The position numbers and the translations under genes were made by a program. From Candidatus Parcubacteria bacterium (lineage in GTDB: Bacteria > Patescibacteriota > Minisyncoccia > Phycocordibacterales > PALSA-1337), in contig JAQBQT010000011.1 in NCBI GenBank assembly GCA_028286835.1, positions 71,246 to 129,191 of the forward strand: a stretch of 57,946 nt of DNA, in the 5' to 3' direction. Positions 40,320-48,983 of the stretch are shown piece by piece. The notes beneath the pieces were generated by a model, which did no database searches, was not told where the DNA came from, and was given only the letters and a program-made list of their open reading frames with translations. The stretch's first letter is position 1; every line of letters begins with the position of its first letter.

Positions 40320-42664
40320 TCTCATCTAAGGGAATAGCTAAAATATCGGTTGCGTGGATGATAGTCACAACCTGTGTTGTTTTCATCCCCAGCATTTCTG
40401 CGTGGATCGCAACCCCTTTCGTCTTGGTTGGCATTATATTCGTGCCCGGTCTATTGCTTGCCGTCAATCTGGGGATCCATCGAAAAAGTATCCTCGAATA
40501 TATCCCCTACTCATTAGGACTCGGGCTCGGATTCGTGATTATAGGCGGATTGGCTTTGAACTGGGTATTACCGCACGCAGGCGTATCCGCTCCTCTTGCG
40601 CGGGTGCCGCTTATTGTATTCTTCAATTGCTCTGTACTGGTATTAGCTGTAATAGCTTACAAATTTAAAACCGTGGAGACAGAGTTTGAAATTGGTTGGC
40701 CTGACGTAACAAGTGTGTTATTCGGGACAGTGCCCCTGCTCTTCGTAGTAGCGAACGTAGTCGGAGCAGAAAGATTGAACAACGGACAGAACGGAATAAT
40801 GACACTCACGACGTTGGCATGCACCACAATCTACTTCTTAATTCTATCCTGTCAGAAAAAACAGCCCAAAGAGTGGGTGTACATCTGGTCTCTATACTGT
40901 ACCTCCCTCTCGCTTTTACTTATGTACTCATTAAGAAGCTCCCATATATTCGGCTGGGATATCAACCAGGAATACCAAGTATTTCAGGCAACACTCCAAC
41001 ATCTTGTGTGGAAAGTATCCTATTATCCTAATTTCGACTACAACGCCTGTCTGAGCATCACTATATTGCCAACGATTCTGAAGGTACTAACGAACATATC
41101 AAGCGAATATGTATTTAAAATCACATATCAGCTCATTTTTGCTGCTGTTCCAGCCCTCGTATACTTACTCTGCAAACGGTACCTCACTCAAAATCTAGCA
41201 TTCGTAGCGGCATTTCTATTACTGTCACAGAGATGGTTTTACGAACAAATGCCTGCTTTGATACGGCAAGAGATCGCATTCATATTCTATATATTCATAC
41301 TCATCGCGCTCTTTGATACAGATTTGTCTAAACGAACCCGCTATACCCTATTATCTATATTCACTACTGCTCTGGTGCTTTCTCATTACTCAACGACATA
41401 TATTTGGATCGCCGTGATGTTTGGAGGACTCGCTATGTCTTATCCTGCGCGCTTTTTCATCAAATCATTGCGCAAACAAAAACCAGTCATCAGCCCGATC
41501 ATACTAATCTTCACAATCATCATCCTGGCGGTATGGGAGATACCGGTAACGCATACCGGGAGTGCCCTTTCTAAATTTGCCACAAATCAAAATCCTTTAG
41601 GTGCAACAAAGCCCGCAGCAGATGTACCACCACAGACAGTCCAGCATCCGGAGAATACAAGTGATGGTATAAATATCGACACCAAAACTATAGCCCACGA
41701 TGCTCCTGCAGCCCAGGCGGATACTATGGCCCACAAACTCATACAGCAGCTTTCTTTTGCGACCACAAACCCAAACAGTCAAACTAATCTGGAGATAGCG
41801 TACCAAAAAATTATTAATGCTTATGGTAACCCTACCAAATACGATATATACAGCGATGGATCAAACTCACACTATATGCCACGTGTTGTAAATAATACGG
41901 CTCACATGTCGCCCCAAATAAATCCATCCTTATCGACAATCATCCGCTTCGCCGAAACAACTTCTAAAATAGTCCTCATAGATATGTTCCCTATTGCTGG
42001 GATAATTGTCCTTTGTTTGCGCCTTCGAAAACGAGAGTCCAGCACCACATACGACCTCATTCTCATAAACATGAGTGCACTCGGACTTATAACACTTACC
42101 CTTCTCGTCCCCTATCTTCAGGACTACTACAATCTAACCCGGCTCTACCTGCAAATGTTCATTTTAATCTGCATGCTTTCTATCGTTGGGGGGATGGCAC
42201 TACTCAAATCGCTTCCACGGTATCAAATCGAAATTCTTGCATGCATTGTGGCGATTATGTTCTGTTCCCAAAGCGGATTATTTGAACAATTTACGGGGGG
42301 AGAAAAGCGACTCACACTCAATTCTCTTCCAGGGAATCTGGATATCTACTATACATATGACAGCGATATTGCCGGCGCCAAATGGTTGGCTAAAAATAGA
42401 GACCCTATCGCCCCAATCCAATCTGACATTATATCCTCATTGCGCCTCCAGTCATTTGGAGATATAGCAGCGGGTAATTTTGCAATACTTCCCCAAACTC
42501 TTCGTCGAAATAGTTATGTGTATCTGACAAATCTAAACATTAATTCAGGAAAAAACTTCTACCAGTACGAAAATAATCTTTTGATATTCAACTATCCCTT
42601 AGAATTCCTCGACTCGCACAAGAATCTCATCTATAGCGCCGGGGGATCAAGAATTTACAGGTAA
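40316..42664 (+). CDS. DUF2206-like polytopic membrane protein 2
   Basis: IFGWDINQEY, ACLSITILP, RQEIAFIF, SHYSTTY, C-terminal IYSAGGSRIYR. Distant paralog of 32018..34393. Confidence 0.7.
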   Translation: MISSKGIAKISVAWMIVTTCVVFIPSISAWIATPFVLVGIIFVPGLLLAVNLGIHRKSILEYIPYSLGLGLGFVIIGGLALNWVLPHAGVSAPLARVPLIVFFNCSVLVLAVIAYKFKTVETEFEIGWPDVTSVLFGTVPLLFVVANVVGAERLNNGQNGIMTLTTLACTTIYFLILSCQKKQPKEWVYIWSLYCTSLSLLLMYSLRSSHIFGWDINQEYQVFQATLQHLVWKVSYYPNFDYNACLSITILPTILKVLTNISSEYVFKITYQLIFAAVPALVYLLCKRYLTQNLAFVAAFLLLSQRWFYEQMPALIRQEIAFIFYIFILIALFDTDLSKRTRYTLLSIFTTALVLSHYSTTYIWIAVMFGGLAMSYPARFFIKSLRKQKPVISPIILIFTIIILAVWEIPVTHTGSALSKFATNQNPLGATKPAADVPPQTVQHPENTSDGINIDTKTIAHDAPAAQADTMAHKLIQQLSFATTNPNSQTNLEIAYQKIINAYGNPTKYDIYSDGSNSHYMPRVVNNTAHMSPQINPSLSTIIRFAETTSKIVLIDMFPIAGIIVLCLRLRKRESSTTYDLILINMSALGLITLTLLVPYLQDYYNLTRLYLQMFILICMLSIVGGMALLKSLPRYQIEILACIVAIMFCSQSGLFEQFTGGEKRLTLNSLPGNLDIYYTYDSDIAGAKWLAKNRDPIAPIQSDIISSLRLQSFGDIAAGNFAILPQTLRRNSYVYLTNLNINSGKNFYQYENNLLIFNYPLEFLDSHKNLIYSAGGSRIYR

Positions 42665-43930
42665 CCCTGGGGTCGGACGATTCCTGTATAGGAATATGTA
42701 CACGAAGGCGATTATTGCAGCCACAAGATTGCCTACCAGCCACGCTATAGCGATCCAGGATAGCCCCTTATTAGCCCAAAACACCGCCAAGAAGGCCACA
42801 ACCCCTGCATATACTACATTCGTTATGACCAGAGCATACATCTGATGCCTGATCCTCAATAAGACGCTGCCAATATTGAATGCTGCGACAGCTGGGGCCG
42901 CAAGCGCCAAGAGGGCTATGACCTCTGAACCTCCAGAGCTATATGACTTACCAAAAAATCTTAAAATGTCAGGGCCAAAAAACGCGAGGATGAGACCTGC
43001 AGGTAACATCAAGAACACCATTATTTTTAGCGAACCCTTGATGAGATCTCGTATAGATTTCTCGCTGTACGATCCTTCGGCGAATAGAGACTGAGAGACC
43101 GACGCTGAAACTGTGTAAAGTAAATTGATGATCATGAAGGCCAGATAGAAGTACCCTGCCGCATCAGCCCCCAAGCGGCCGATGATGATAATCGGCAATA
43201 TCGAAGTCGGCACTATACTAAAAAGATTTGCGAGATAATTAGTAAATGAATAATGCAATACTTTCTGGAGTATTTCCTTATCGATTCTGATCTCTGGACG
43301 ATACCCGAACTTGATATACAGCAAAGTGAAGCTCACGAGCATTCCGATCGAGACGGCGAGGCCCGAAGCCGCGAATATGCCGTAGGCTCCGACCCCAATA
43401 AAAACAAAAGGCAGTAGAAGCTTAGCGACGCTAATGATGATACCGTCAGTGAGAAAGTTATACTGAGCTGCTCTATATGCGATGAATATGCTATCGCTCA
43501 AAGAGTTCGCTGCTGCAAAAGTGACCATGATGACGAAACCTATGGAGTACCATACGTTCTCCCGGATGATGCCTAAAGATGGCGTTATATACGGAATTAG
43601 GATGATATAAGCTATCGAGATCAGTGCAGCAGCCCCCATTACTATGATCGATCCAGTATTGATCTCCTTATTCCTGTTCTGGGAGCTAGGCAAGAACCTG
43701 ACAAACGTACTATTGAAACCGAAAAGGCTTACGAATGAGATGAGTGTCATCGCCGAGATAAGCGTCGTGCTCACCCCGATCTGGCTTGGGGTAAAAATAT
43801 GAGTGCAAACCAGCCAAAAGAAAAAGCCGAAGCCGCCCATAGTACCAGTCGTCAGCATAAGATAAATAGAATTCCGGAAAAGATTGTCTTCCAAAAAGTG
43901 TTTCCAGAGAAGATTGAAAGGCTTAGTCAT
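42647..43930 (-). CDS. Oligosaccharide flippase (Wzx/MOP superfamily)
   Basis: FRNSIYLM, FGFNSTFVRFLP, GADAAGYFYLA, SLFAEGS, 12 or more TM segments. Start set to ATG 43930. Confidence 0.88.
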   Translation of the reverse strand: MTKPFNLLWKHFLEDNLFRNSIYLMLTTGTMGGFGFFFWLVCTHIFTPSQIGVSTTLISAMTLISFVSLFGFNSTFVRFLPSSQNRNKEINTGSIIVMGAAALISIAYIILIPYITPSLGIIRENVWYSIGFVIMVTFAAANSLSDSIFIAYRAAQYNFLTDGIIISVAKLLLPFVFIGVGAYGIFAASGLAVSIGMLVSFTLLYIKFGYRPEIRIDKEILQKVLHYSFTNYLANLFSIVPTSILPIIIIGRLGADAAGYFYLAFMIINLLYTVSASVSQSLFAEGSYSEKSIRDLIKGSLKIMVFLMLPAGLILAFFGPDILRFFGKSYSSGGSEVIALLALAAPAVAAFNIGSVLLRIRHQMYALVITNVVYAGVVAFLAVFWANKGLSWIAIAWLVGNLVAAIIAFVYIFLYRNRPTPGLPVNS

Positions 43931-43999
43931 TCGAGTATATATTACATTACGTTTTCTTTTATACCTCGTCAACCTGATGTCTTCATGTATAATTGCAGC

Positions 44000-44218
44000 A
44001 TGAAAGCACTTAAGGCCCTCACCTTTACACTATTCTTTTTCGGTTTTGCTGGATGGTTTTATATTGCAGAAAATGCTGCGTTTCATCCCAATACTCTTGT
44101 ATTGCCGCTCACACATCTCGCTTCATGGCCTCGCGAAGATACATTCGGGATCATTTGCTTTGGACTCTCCTTCTTAAGCCTTTTCATCTACATGCTTATA
44201 AAAGATAGGAATAAATGA
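44000..44218 (+). CDS. Small two-TM membrane protein (72 aa)
   Basis: MKALKALTFTLFFFGFAGWFYIA...HLASWPREDTFGIICFGLSF. TATAAT lies 6 nt before the ATG. Confidence 0.7.
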   Translation: MKALKALTFTLFFFGFAGWFYIAENAAFHPNTLVLPLTHLASWPREDTFGIICFGLSFLSLFIYMLIKDRNK

Positions 44219-44220
44219 TG

Positions 44221-44294
44221 TCCGCCCTCATGGATTCGAACCATGGACCCCAGAGGTATAAGCTCTGTGCTCTAACCAACTGAGCTAAGGGCGG
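44221..44294 (-). tRNA. tRNA-Ile with UAU anticodon, CCA not encoded
   Basis: CCGCCCT-TA-GCTC-AGTTGGTTA-GAGC-A-CAGAG-CT TAT AC-CTCTG-GGGTC-CATGG-TTCGAAT-CCATG-AGGGCGG-A. All stems pair fully. Confidence 0.9.
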
Positions 44295-44397
44295 AAGCGA
44301 GGAGGAATGAATAAAGCCTTGCCTTACTCATTCAGTCCGAGCGCACCGTCCGCACGAGCGAAGCGAGTATGGGCGGGCGCATGCCACAGCTTAGAAC

Positions 44398-44430
44398 AAA
44401 AAAAGCCGCCCGACAACGCCGGGCGGCAAA
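44398..44430 (-). terminator. Intrinsic terminator
   Basis: GCCGCCCG-loop-CGGGCGGC followed by T7 on the minus strand. Confidence 0.85.
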
Positions 44431-44448
44431 GCTAATCTGCGGACATGC

Positions 44449-44844
44449 TCATGCTGCCCTGATAGCGCTGCCCCATGGCAGAGAATTGAGAGGCGGCATA
44501 TACGTCTTAGGGCAGAGGTTATGGATCAGCTCCTGCCGCACTTCTTCAGGATAGGGCCCGAGATTCGTTCCGATCATGGAGGCAATGAAGATATACTGCG
44601 TGACCTCCTCAGGAAGATCGAGGAGCTTTGCGGCATCCCACTCATCATCAGACGTTAAGGCCGGCCTGAAGCCCATGACCTCATTCGCAACGGCACAGAG
44701 CGGATGCCAGAACGTAAGCGGCATTTCAGCGACGGCATCATCCGCCCGTATAAGAGAGATCTCACTGGTCCGGGAGAGCAGGACGCATTCCCAGCGAGTC
44801 CGAACAAGATCGCGGCAGCAGGCAAAGAAGTATTTGGTTTTCAT
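44449..44844 (-). CDS. Hypothetical protein (131 aa)
   Basis: Open frame with its own terminator between ftsH and tRNA-Ile. No recognised motif. Confidence 0.6.
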   Translation of the reverse strand: MKTKYFFACCRDLVRTRWECVLLSRTSEISLIRADDAVAEMPLTFWHPLCAVANEVMGFRPALTSDDEWDAAKLLDLPEEVTQYIFIASMIGTNLGPYPEEVRQELIHNLCPKTYMPPLNSLPWGSAIRAA

Positions 44845-44892
44845 AGTGTACCTTTCCGGGAAAGTGTACTCTGGGGCCCAACGATGTCAATA

Positions 44893-46818
44893 TCAGATGA
44901 CCTTCTTCTCCTTCTTGAGGACGATGCCGTTCGCCGATACGATCTTCTCATATTCCTCGCGCTCGATGGTCTCGGTTTCGACGAGGCGCTTGGCCACGAC
45001 CTCAAAAGCCTGCTTGTGCTCGTTCAGCACCTTTTCCGCCTGAGTGCGGGCCTCGGTCATGATGCGGGTGACTTCCCCATCAATCTCGGCCGATACCTTC
45101 TCGGAATATTCCTTGCCTTCTACGCCCATGCCGAACATCGGCCTGCCGTGCCCGCTCTCGAGAGCGACCGGGCCTATCTTCTCGGACATGCCATACCTCG
45201 TGACCATGTCGCGCGCGAGAGCGGTCGAGACCTGGAGATCGTTGGAAGCTCCTGTCGTCATGTCATCGAAGACCATGCGCTCCGCGACATACCCTCCGAG
45301 CGAAACGGCAATGTCGTCCAGGAATTCCTTGCGCGACTGGAGCTTGCGGTCCTCGAACGGCAGCTTGAGCGTGTAACCTGCGGCGCGTCCGCGTGAAATG
45401 ATAGATATCTTGTGCACCGGATCGGCGTGCGGAAGGACCGAAGAGACGATGGCGTGGCCGGCCTCATGATATGCGGTGATCTCCTTCTCGTGCGGAGAAA
45501 GGACGTGGCTCTTCCTCTCGGGACCGAGCATGACCTTCTCGATGGAACGTATGAAATCGAACTGGCCGATGGTAGTGCGGCCTTCGCGGGCGGCAAGGAT
45601 GGCGGCTTCGTTCGTGAGGGAGGCGAGATCAGCGCCGGAGAATCCAGGAGTGCGCTCGGCGATGACGTGCATATTCACGTCTTCAGCGAGCTGCTTCTTG
45701 CTGATATGGACCTGAAGGATGGCTTCGCGGTCGAAGCGGTCAGGAAGGTCGATGGTGACGCGGCGGTCGAAGCGGCCCGGGCGGAGCAATGCCGGATCGA
45801 GAACATCGGGCCTGTTCGTGGCGGCCATGACGATGACTTTCTCGTTCGGCTCGAAGCCGTCCATTTCGACAAGGATCTGGTTCAATGTCTGCTCGCGCTC
45901 ATCGTTGCCTCCGCCGAATCCGCCGCCGCGGGCGCGGCCGACGGCATCTATCTCATCCACGAAGACGATGGCGGGTGCAGTGTCCTTGGCCATCTTAAAG
46001 AGATCGCGTACGCGGGATGCGCCGACGCCCACGAACATCTCCACGAATTCAGAACCCGAGATGGAGAAGAACGCCACGCCTGCTTCGCCTGCGACCGCGC
46101 GTGCGAGCAAGGTCTTTCCTGTGCCCGGAGCGCCCATGAGCAGTACGCCCTTCGGGATCTCTGCGCCGATGTCTATGAATTTCTTTGGATTCTTGAGAAA
46201 GTCCACGATCTCCATCAATTCCTGCTTGGCTTCCTTTGCACCCGCGACATCCTTGAACGTGATGCGCTGCTTGGTGTCTTCAGGCAATGTGATGCGCGCC
46301 TTGGATTGGCCGAACGAGAGAGCTGCGACGCCGGCACCCTTCATCTGACGCGAGATGAGCCACACAAAGAATATGAGGAAGAGAATCGGGGCGAGGAACG
46401 GAGCGAGTTGGATGAGCCAGTACACGAAACCACCCTGTTCTGCGATGGCGATGGTCGTCGAGGCGAGCTGGCCTTCGGTCACGCCGAATCGCGACAAAGA
46501 TTCCGTGAGCGAGGAATCGGTTTCCTTCTGCGATGTCTTCACTGTCTTGTCGGCATACTGTGCCTTGATAGTCGTGTCCTGGACTGTGAGCGACGTGATG
46601 AGGCCCTTCTTCAGGTCATCGGCGATGATGGAGAGCGGCACGGACTGCACCGTCTGACTCTGGGATGAATACTCTGCGTATATTCCGGTGATAAGGAGGA
46701 AGACCAGAATGACCGTGGCGATGATGTTCACGAAATTCCAGCGCGGGGGCATGAAACCAGGGCGTTTGAGCCCGTTTTTACCCTGCCCAGGAGGGGTGTT
46801 GTTTGAAAATGGCGGCAT
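44893..46818 (-). CDS. ftsH: ATP-dependent zinc metalloprotease FtsH
   Basis: Two TMs, [20 protein letters not shown] motif [26 protein letters not shown]. Start set to ATG 46818. Confidence 0.98.
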   Translation of the reverse strand: MPPFSNNTPPGQGKNGLKRPGFMPPRWNFVNIIATVILVFLLITGIYAEYSSQSQTVQSVPLSIIADDLKKGLITSLTVQDTTIKAQYADKTVKTSQKETDSSLTESLSRFGVTEGQLASTTIAIAEQGGFVYWLIQLAPFLAPILFLIFFVWLISRQMKGAGVAALSFGQSKARITLPEDTKQRITFKDVAGAKEAKQELMEIVDFLKNPKKFIDIGAEIPKGVLLMGAPGTGKTLLARAVAGEAGVAFFSISGSEFVEMFVGVGASRVRDLFKMAKDTAPAIVFVDEIDAVGRARGGGFGGGNDEREQTLNQILVEMDGFEPNEKVIVMAATNRPDVLDPALLRPGRFDRRVTIDLPDRFDREAILQVHISKKQLAEDVNMHVIAERTPGFSGADLASLTNEAAILAAREGRTTIGQFDFIRSIEKVMLGPERKSHVLSPHEKEITAYHEAGHAIVSSVLPHADPVHKISIISRGRAAGYTLKLPFEDRKLQSRKEFLDDIAVSLGGYVAERMVFDDMTTGASNDLQVSTALARDMVTRYGMSEKIGPVALESGHGRPMFGMGVEGKEYSEKVSAEIDGEVTRIMTEARTQAEKVLNEHKQAFEVVAKRLVETETIEREEYEKIVSANGIVLKKEKKVI

Positions 46819-46864
46819 GGGGTGATTATACAGAAATGCGGGGAAATAGGAAGAAAAGGCGGGC

Positions 46865-46907
46865 AAAAGAAAACAGCCCTTCTTCCCCATGAAGAGAGGC
46901 TGTTTTC
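46865..46907 (-). terminator. Intrinsic terminator
   Basis: GAAAACAGCC...GGCTGTTTTC hairpin followed by TTTT on the minus strand. Confidence 0.75.
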
Positions 46908-46924
46908 GGAGCCTTTCGAAAAGC

Positions 46925-47140
46925 CTATTTGCTTCCGCAGCCGCAGCACTTGCAGAGCTTGCTCAAGCCGATGATCATGAGGAGGATCGGCCACGATGTG
47001 CTCACTGCAGCGGCATCAATCACGGCGAAGTTGCCGAGAAGGAAGATGAGGCCGATAAGCGTGATGGCGATCGGGGCTACGATATGGTGCTGGCACGAGC
47101 AGGCGCAATTGCAGGTCTTGGAAGCTTCATTCGGGTTCAT
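46925..47140 (-). CDS. Small Cys-rich two-TM protein (DUF5668/LiaF-TM-like)
   Basis: CNCACSCQHH-TM(LIGLIFLLGN)-WPILLMIIGL-CKCCGC, with its own terminator. Confidence 0.7.
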   Translation of the reverse strand: MNPNEASKTCNCACSCQHHIVAPIAITLIGLIFLLGNFAVIDAAAVSTSWPILLMIIGLSKLCKCCGCGSK

Positions 47141-47294
47141 AAAATGAAAAACGATTATATGCTTTTGATAAGTCACGAAATTATATCATGGCCGTTTGCC
47201 TTGCGAGATGATATTGACATTAATAACATATTATGGTTGTATTCTAGCAGTTCTTTCAGAATCACAACACACAAACACTCAACCCACAGAGACA

Positions 47295-47840
47295 ATGAAT
47301 GACTTCAGTGATTTTTCAACTGACTTTTCGGATCGTGCTGCATCGGTAAAAACAAAGCTTCCTGTACGATTCCTTGGACCTATTGGCGAAGGAGACGATC
47401 GCGGACGGGAAGCTCTTGAAACGGCCGGAGTAAAATTTCTTGAAACAGTGCCGAACAATTCCCTCTTTCAGCACGTAGAGCTGCCGGCAAACTGGAAGCT
47501 TGTGTACCATCCACGTCACCTCTTCTGGACACACTTGATCGACCATCAGGGTCGCAAGCGTGCCGGGATCTTCAGCAGGAATGGATACAGCGATCCGTAT
47601 GTGCTCGTATCGTGCAGACTGAGTTACAAGCGGACAAGCGACTACGATAACTTCGTTATGTATGTTTCGACAGCAGTGTTCAAAGATGGTCTTGAAATCT
47701 ACACGGTAGCTGAGAATCAGCGGCCTGATAGCACCGAGTCAGAGCGACACACGTTGGCGGAAGATGTCGATGCTCGAGCCCTGGAATGGTTACAGGGAAA
47801 GTACCCAAACTGGCAGGACCCGCGGGCATATTGGATTTAA
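47295..47840 (+). CDS. Hypothetical protein with a phage-like motif set
   Basis: LF..VELPANWK...HLFWTHLIDHQGRKRAGIF and C-terminal WLQGKYPNWQDPRAYW. Start set to ATG 47295. Confidence 0.65.
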   Translation: MNDFSDFSTDFSDRAASVKTKLPVRFLGPIGEGDDRGREALETAGVKFLETVPNNSLFQHVELPANWKLVYHPRHLFWTHLIDHQGRKRAGIFSRNGYSDPYVLVSCRLSYKRTSDYDNFVMYVSTAVFKDGLEIYTVAENQRPDSTESERHTLAEDVDARALEWLQGKYPNWQDPRAYWI

Positions 47841-47871
47841 AATAGCCGACCTTAAAAAATTCGCCCGCAGC

Positions 47872-47908
47872 AACCCTTCGAGACACATTCTCGAGGGGTT
47901 TTTATTTT
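47872..47908 (+). terminator. Intrinsic terminator
   Basis: AACCCTTCGAGA-CACAT-TCTCGAGGGGTT followed by TTTATTTT. Confidence 0.8.
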
Positions 47909-47917
47909 ATTTTGTAT

Positions 47918-47954
47918 AAAAATGCCTCCGTGAGATTTCTCTTACGGAGGCATT
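47918..47954 (-). terminator. Intrinsic terminator (convergent partner)
   Basis: AATGCCTCCGT...ACGGAGGCATT stem followed by TTT on the minus strand. Confidence 0.8.
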
Positions 47955-47965
47955 GGTATTGACGC

Positions 47966-48121
47966 TTAGGTTTTCTTTTCGGCGTCATTGGCTTTTTCGT
48001 CGGCGTCATCCGCCGTTTTCTGTTTTTCGTCGGCATCAGCTCGGGCCACTTCTGCTTCCGCTTCTTTGGTTTCTTTCTGGGCTTGATCCAGATGCTCTTG
48101 TGCTGCTTCTTTATCGGGCAA
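47966..48121 (-). CDS. Small acidic Ala/Glu/Lys-rich helical protein (51 aa), TTG start
   Basis: AAGGAGGTGATT then ACA TTG, giving MPDKEAAQEHLDQAQKETKEAEAEVARADADEKQKTADDADEKANDAEKKT. Has its own terminator. Confidence 0.75.
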   Translation of the reverse strand: MPDKEAAQEHLDQAQKETKEAEAEVARADADEKQKTADDADEKANDAEKKT

Positions 48122-48217
48122 TGTAATCACCTCCTTCAAAATCGAATGGTATAGCAAAACATATCCTGATGCAAAGGCATCATGCAAAACGCATACAAAG
48201 CTATGTGTTCCTATAAT

Positions 48218-48288
48218 GTGGACTTTGTGAGCCAAAGTTGGAACTACCTACCCTCTTGGTTATTTGAAGCGTCCAAAGCGATTTTAAG
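48218..48288 (+). repeat. 71-bp direct repeat, copy 1
   Basis: GTGGACTTTGTGAGCCAAAGTTGGAAC...TATTTGAAGCGTCCAAAGCGATTTTAAG. 61 of 71 positions identical to copy 2 with no gaps. Confidence 0.92.
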
Positions 48289-48299
48289 TTTATCCGTAC

Positions 48300-48340
48300 A
48301 AAAAGAAGCGCCCACCGAAGCGAGGCTTCCGTGGGCGTGA
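48300..48340 (-). terminator. Intrinsic terminator of the Clp N-domain gene
   Basis: CGCCCAC-GGAAGCCTCGCTTCG-GTGGGCG then CTTCTTTTT on the minus strand. Confidence 0.75.
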
Positions 48341-48365
48341 TTATGGTTCAAACTGTTTCTGTCGT

Positions 48366-48812
48366 CTATACTTCGAGTTCCTTTCGGATGAAGCCTGTGA
48401 GCTCATCTCCATATTGCAGATGCAGGTCAACAAAGACTTCTCCAGCGAAAGCGGCAGGATTTTTGACCAGAGCCAGAAGAACGTGTTCAGTCCCGATGTA
48501 GACGTTTTCCTTGATCACCGTTTCCCGCTCTTGCGCGGCGACAACCATAACATCGACAGCGTCTTGGGAAAATCCAATTTCCGCAATACTGTTTTTATTC
48601 GCAATCGCAAACAACTCGCGAGCTTCATTGACAATCGGAGCATTATTTATTTGGTAATGCTTCTCGAGAACCGACCAGGCCACCCCTTGACCAAGCCTAA
48701 CGATTGCCAAAAGGAGGTGGTAGGGTTCAACATTGCTGTCTTTCCTGAGAGCAGCTTTACGGGCCAAAGCGAGCACCTGATGGAGCCGCGGCGTGTAATT
48801 TACTCGGATCAT
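48366..48812 (-). CDS. Stand-alone Clp N-terminal (repeat/R) domain protein
   Basis: YTPRLHQVLALA...VEPYHLLLAIV...GQGVA and FSQDAVDVM...YIGTEHVLLALV: both Clp-N repeats, with no AAA+ domain before the stop. Confidence 0.82.
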   Translation of the reverse strand: MIRVNYTPRLHQVLALARKAALRKDSNVEPYHLLLAIVRLGQGVAWSVLEKHYQINNAPIVNEARELFAIANKNSIAEIGFSQDAVDVMVVAAQERETVIKENVYIGTEHVLLALVKNPAAFAGEVFVDLHLQYGDELTGFIRKELEV

Positions 48813-48878
48813 TGTAAAGGTAAAACTAGTCCGTTTATTTGAAAGAACCATTCGGAAAGATACCGAGGGCTCAAAAAC

Positions 48879-48907
48879 ACCTTACAATTCTGTAGTATGG
48901 TTGTCAA
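48879..48907 (-). promoter_or_regulatory. Sigma70-type promoter for the Clp-N gene
   Basis: TTGACA-N17-TAAGGT. Confidence 0.6.
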
Positions 48908-48912
48908 ATTTG

Positions 48913-48983
48913 GTGGATTTGGTGAGCCAAAGTTGGAACCGGCTACCCTTCTGGATATTTGAAGCGTCCGAAGCGATTATAAG
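48913..48983 (+). repeat. 71-bp direct repeat, copy 2
   Basis: GTGGATTTGGTGAGCCAAAGTTGGAAC...TATTTGAAGCGTCCGAAGCGATTATAAG. On the minus strand, with two flanking bases, it ends ...ATCCACCA. Confidence 0.92.

Larger units (their letters stand above)
23883..44218. other. Lower-GC surface-glycan biosynthesis island
   Basis: Abrupt drop in GC after the recG stop. Sampled 60-mers are about 28-43% GC versus about 63% in pilB. Fourteen tightly packed genes, mostly glycan-related. Right edge abuts the 3' end of tRNA-Ile. No integrase seen. Confidence 0.75.

Noticed and set aside
23883-44218. Glycan island as a prophage or ICE
   Set aside because: There are no integrase, transposase, conjugation or virion genes. 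Only composition and the tRNA border suggest acquisition.
48218-48983. The 71-bp repeats as a CRISPR array or a c-di-GMP riboswitch
   Set aside because: There are only two copies, 624 bp apart with a gene between them, and no cas genes. GGACGC and GGTAGCCGG recall GEMM, but the GGCAAAC/GAAA P1-P2 core is missing.
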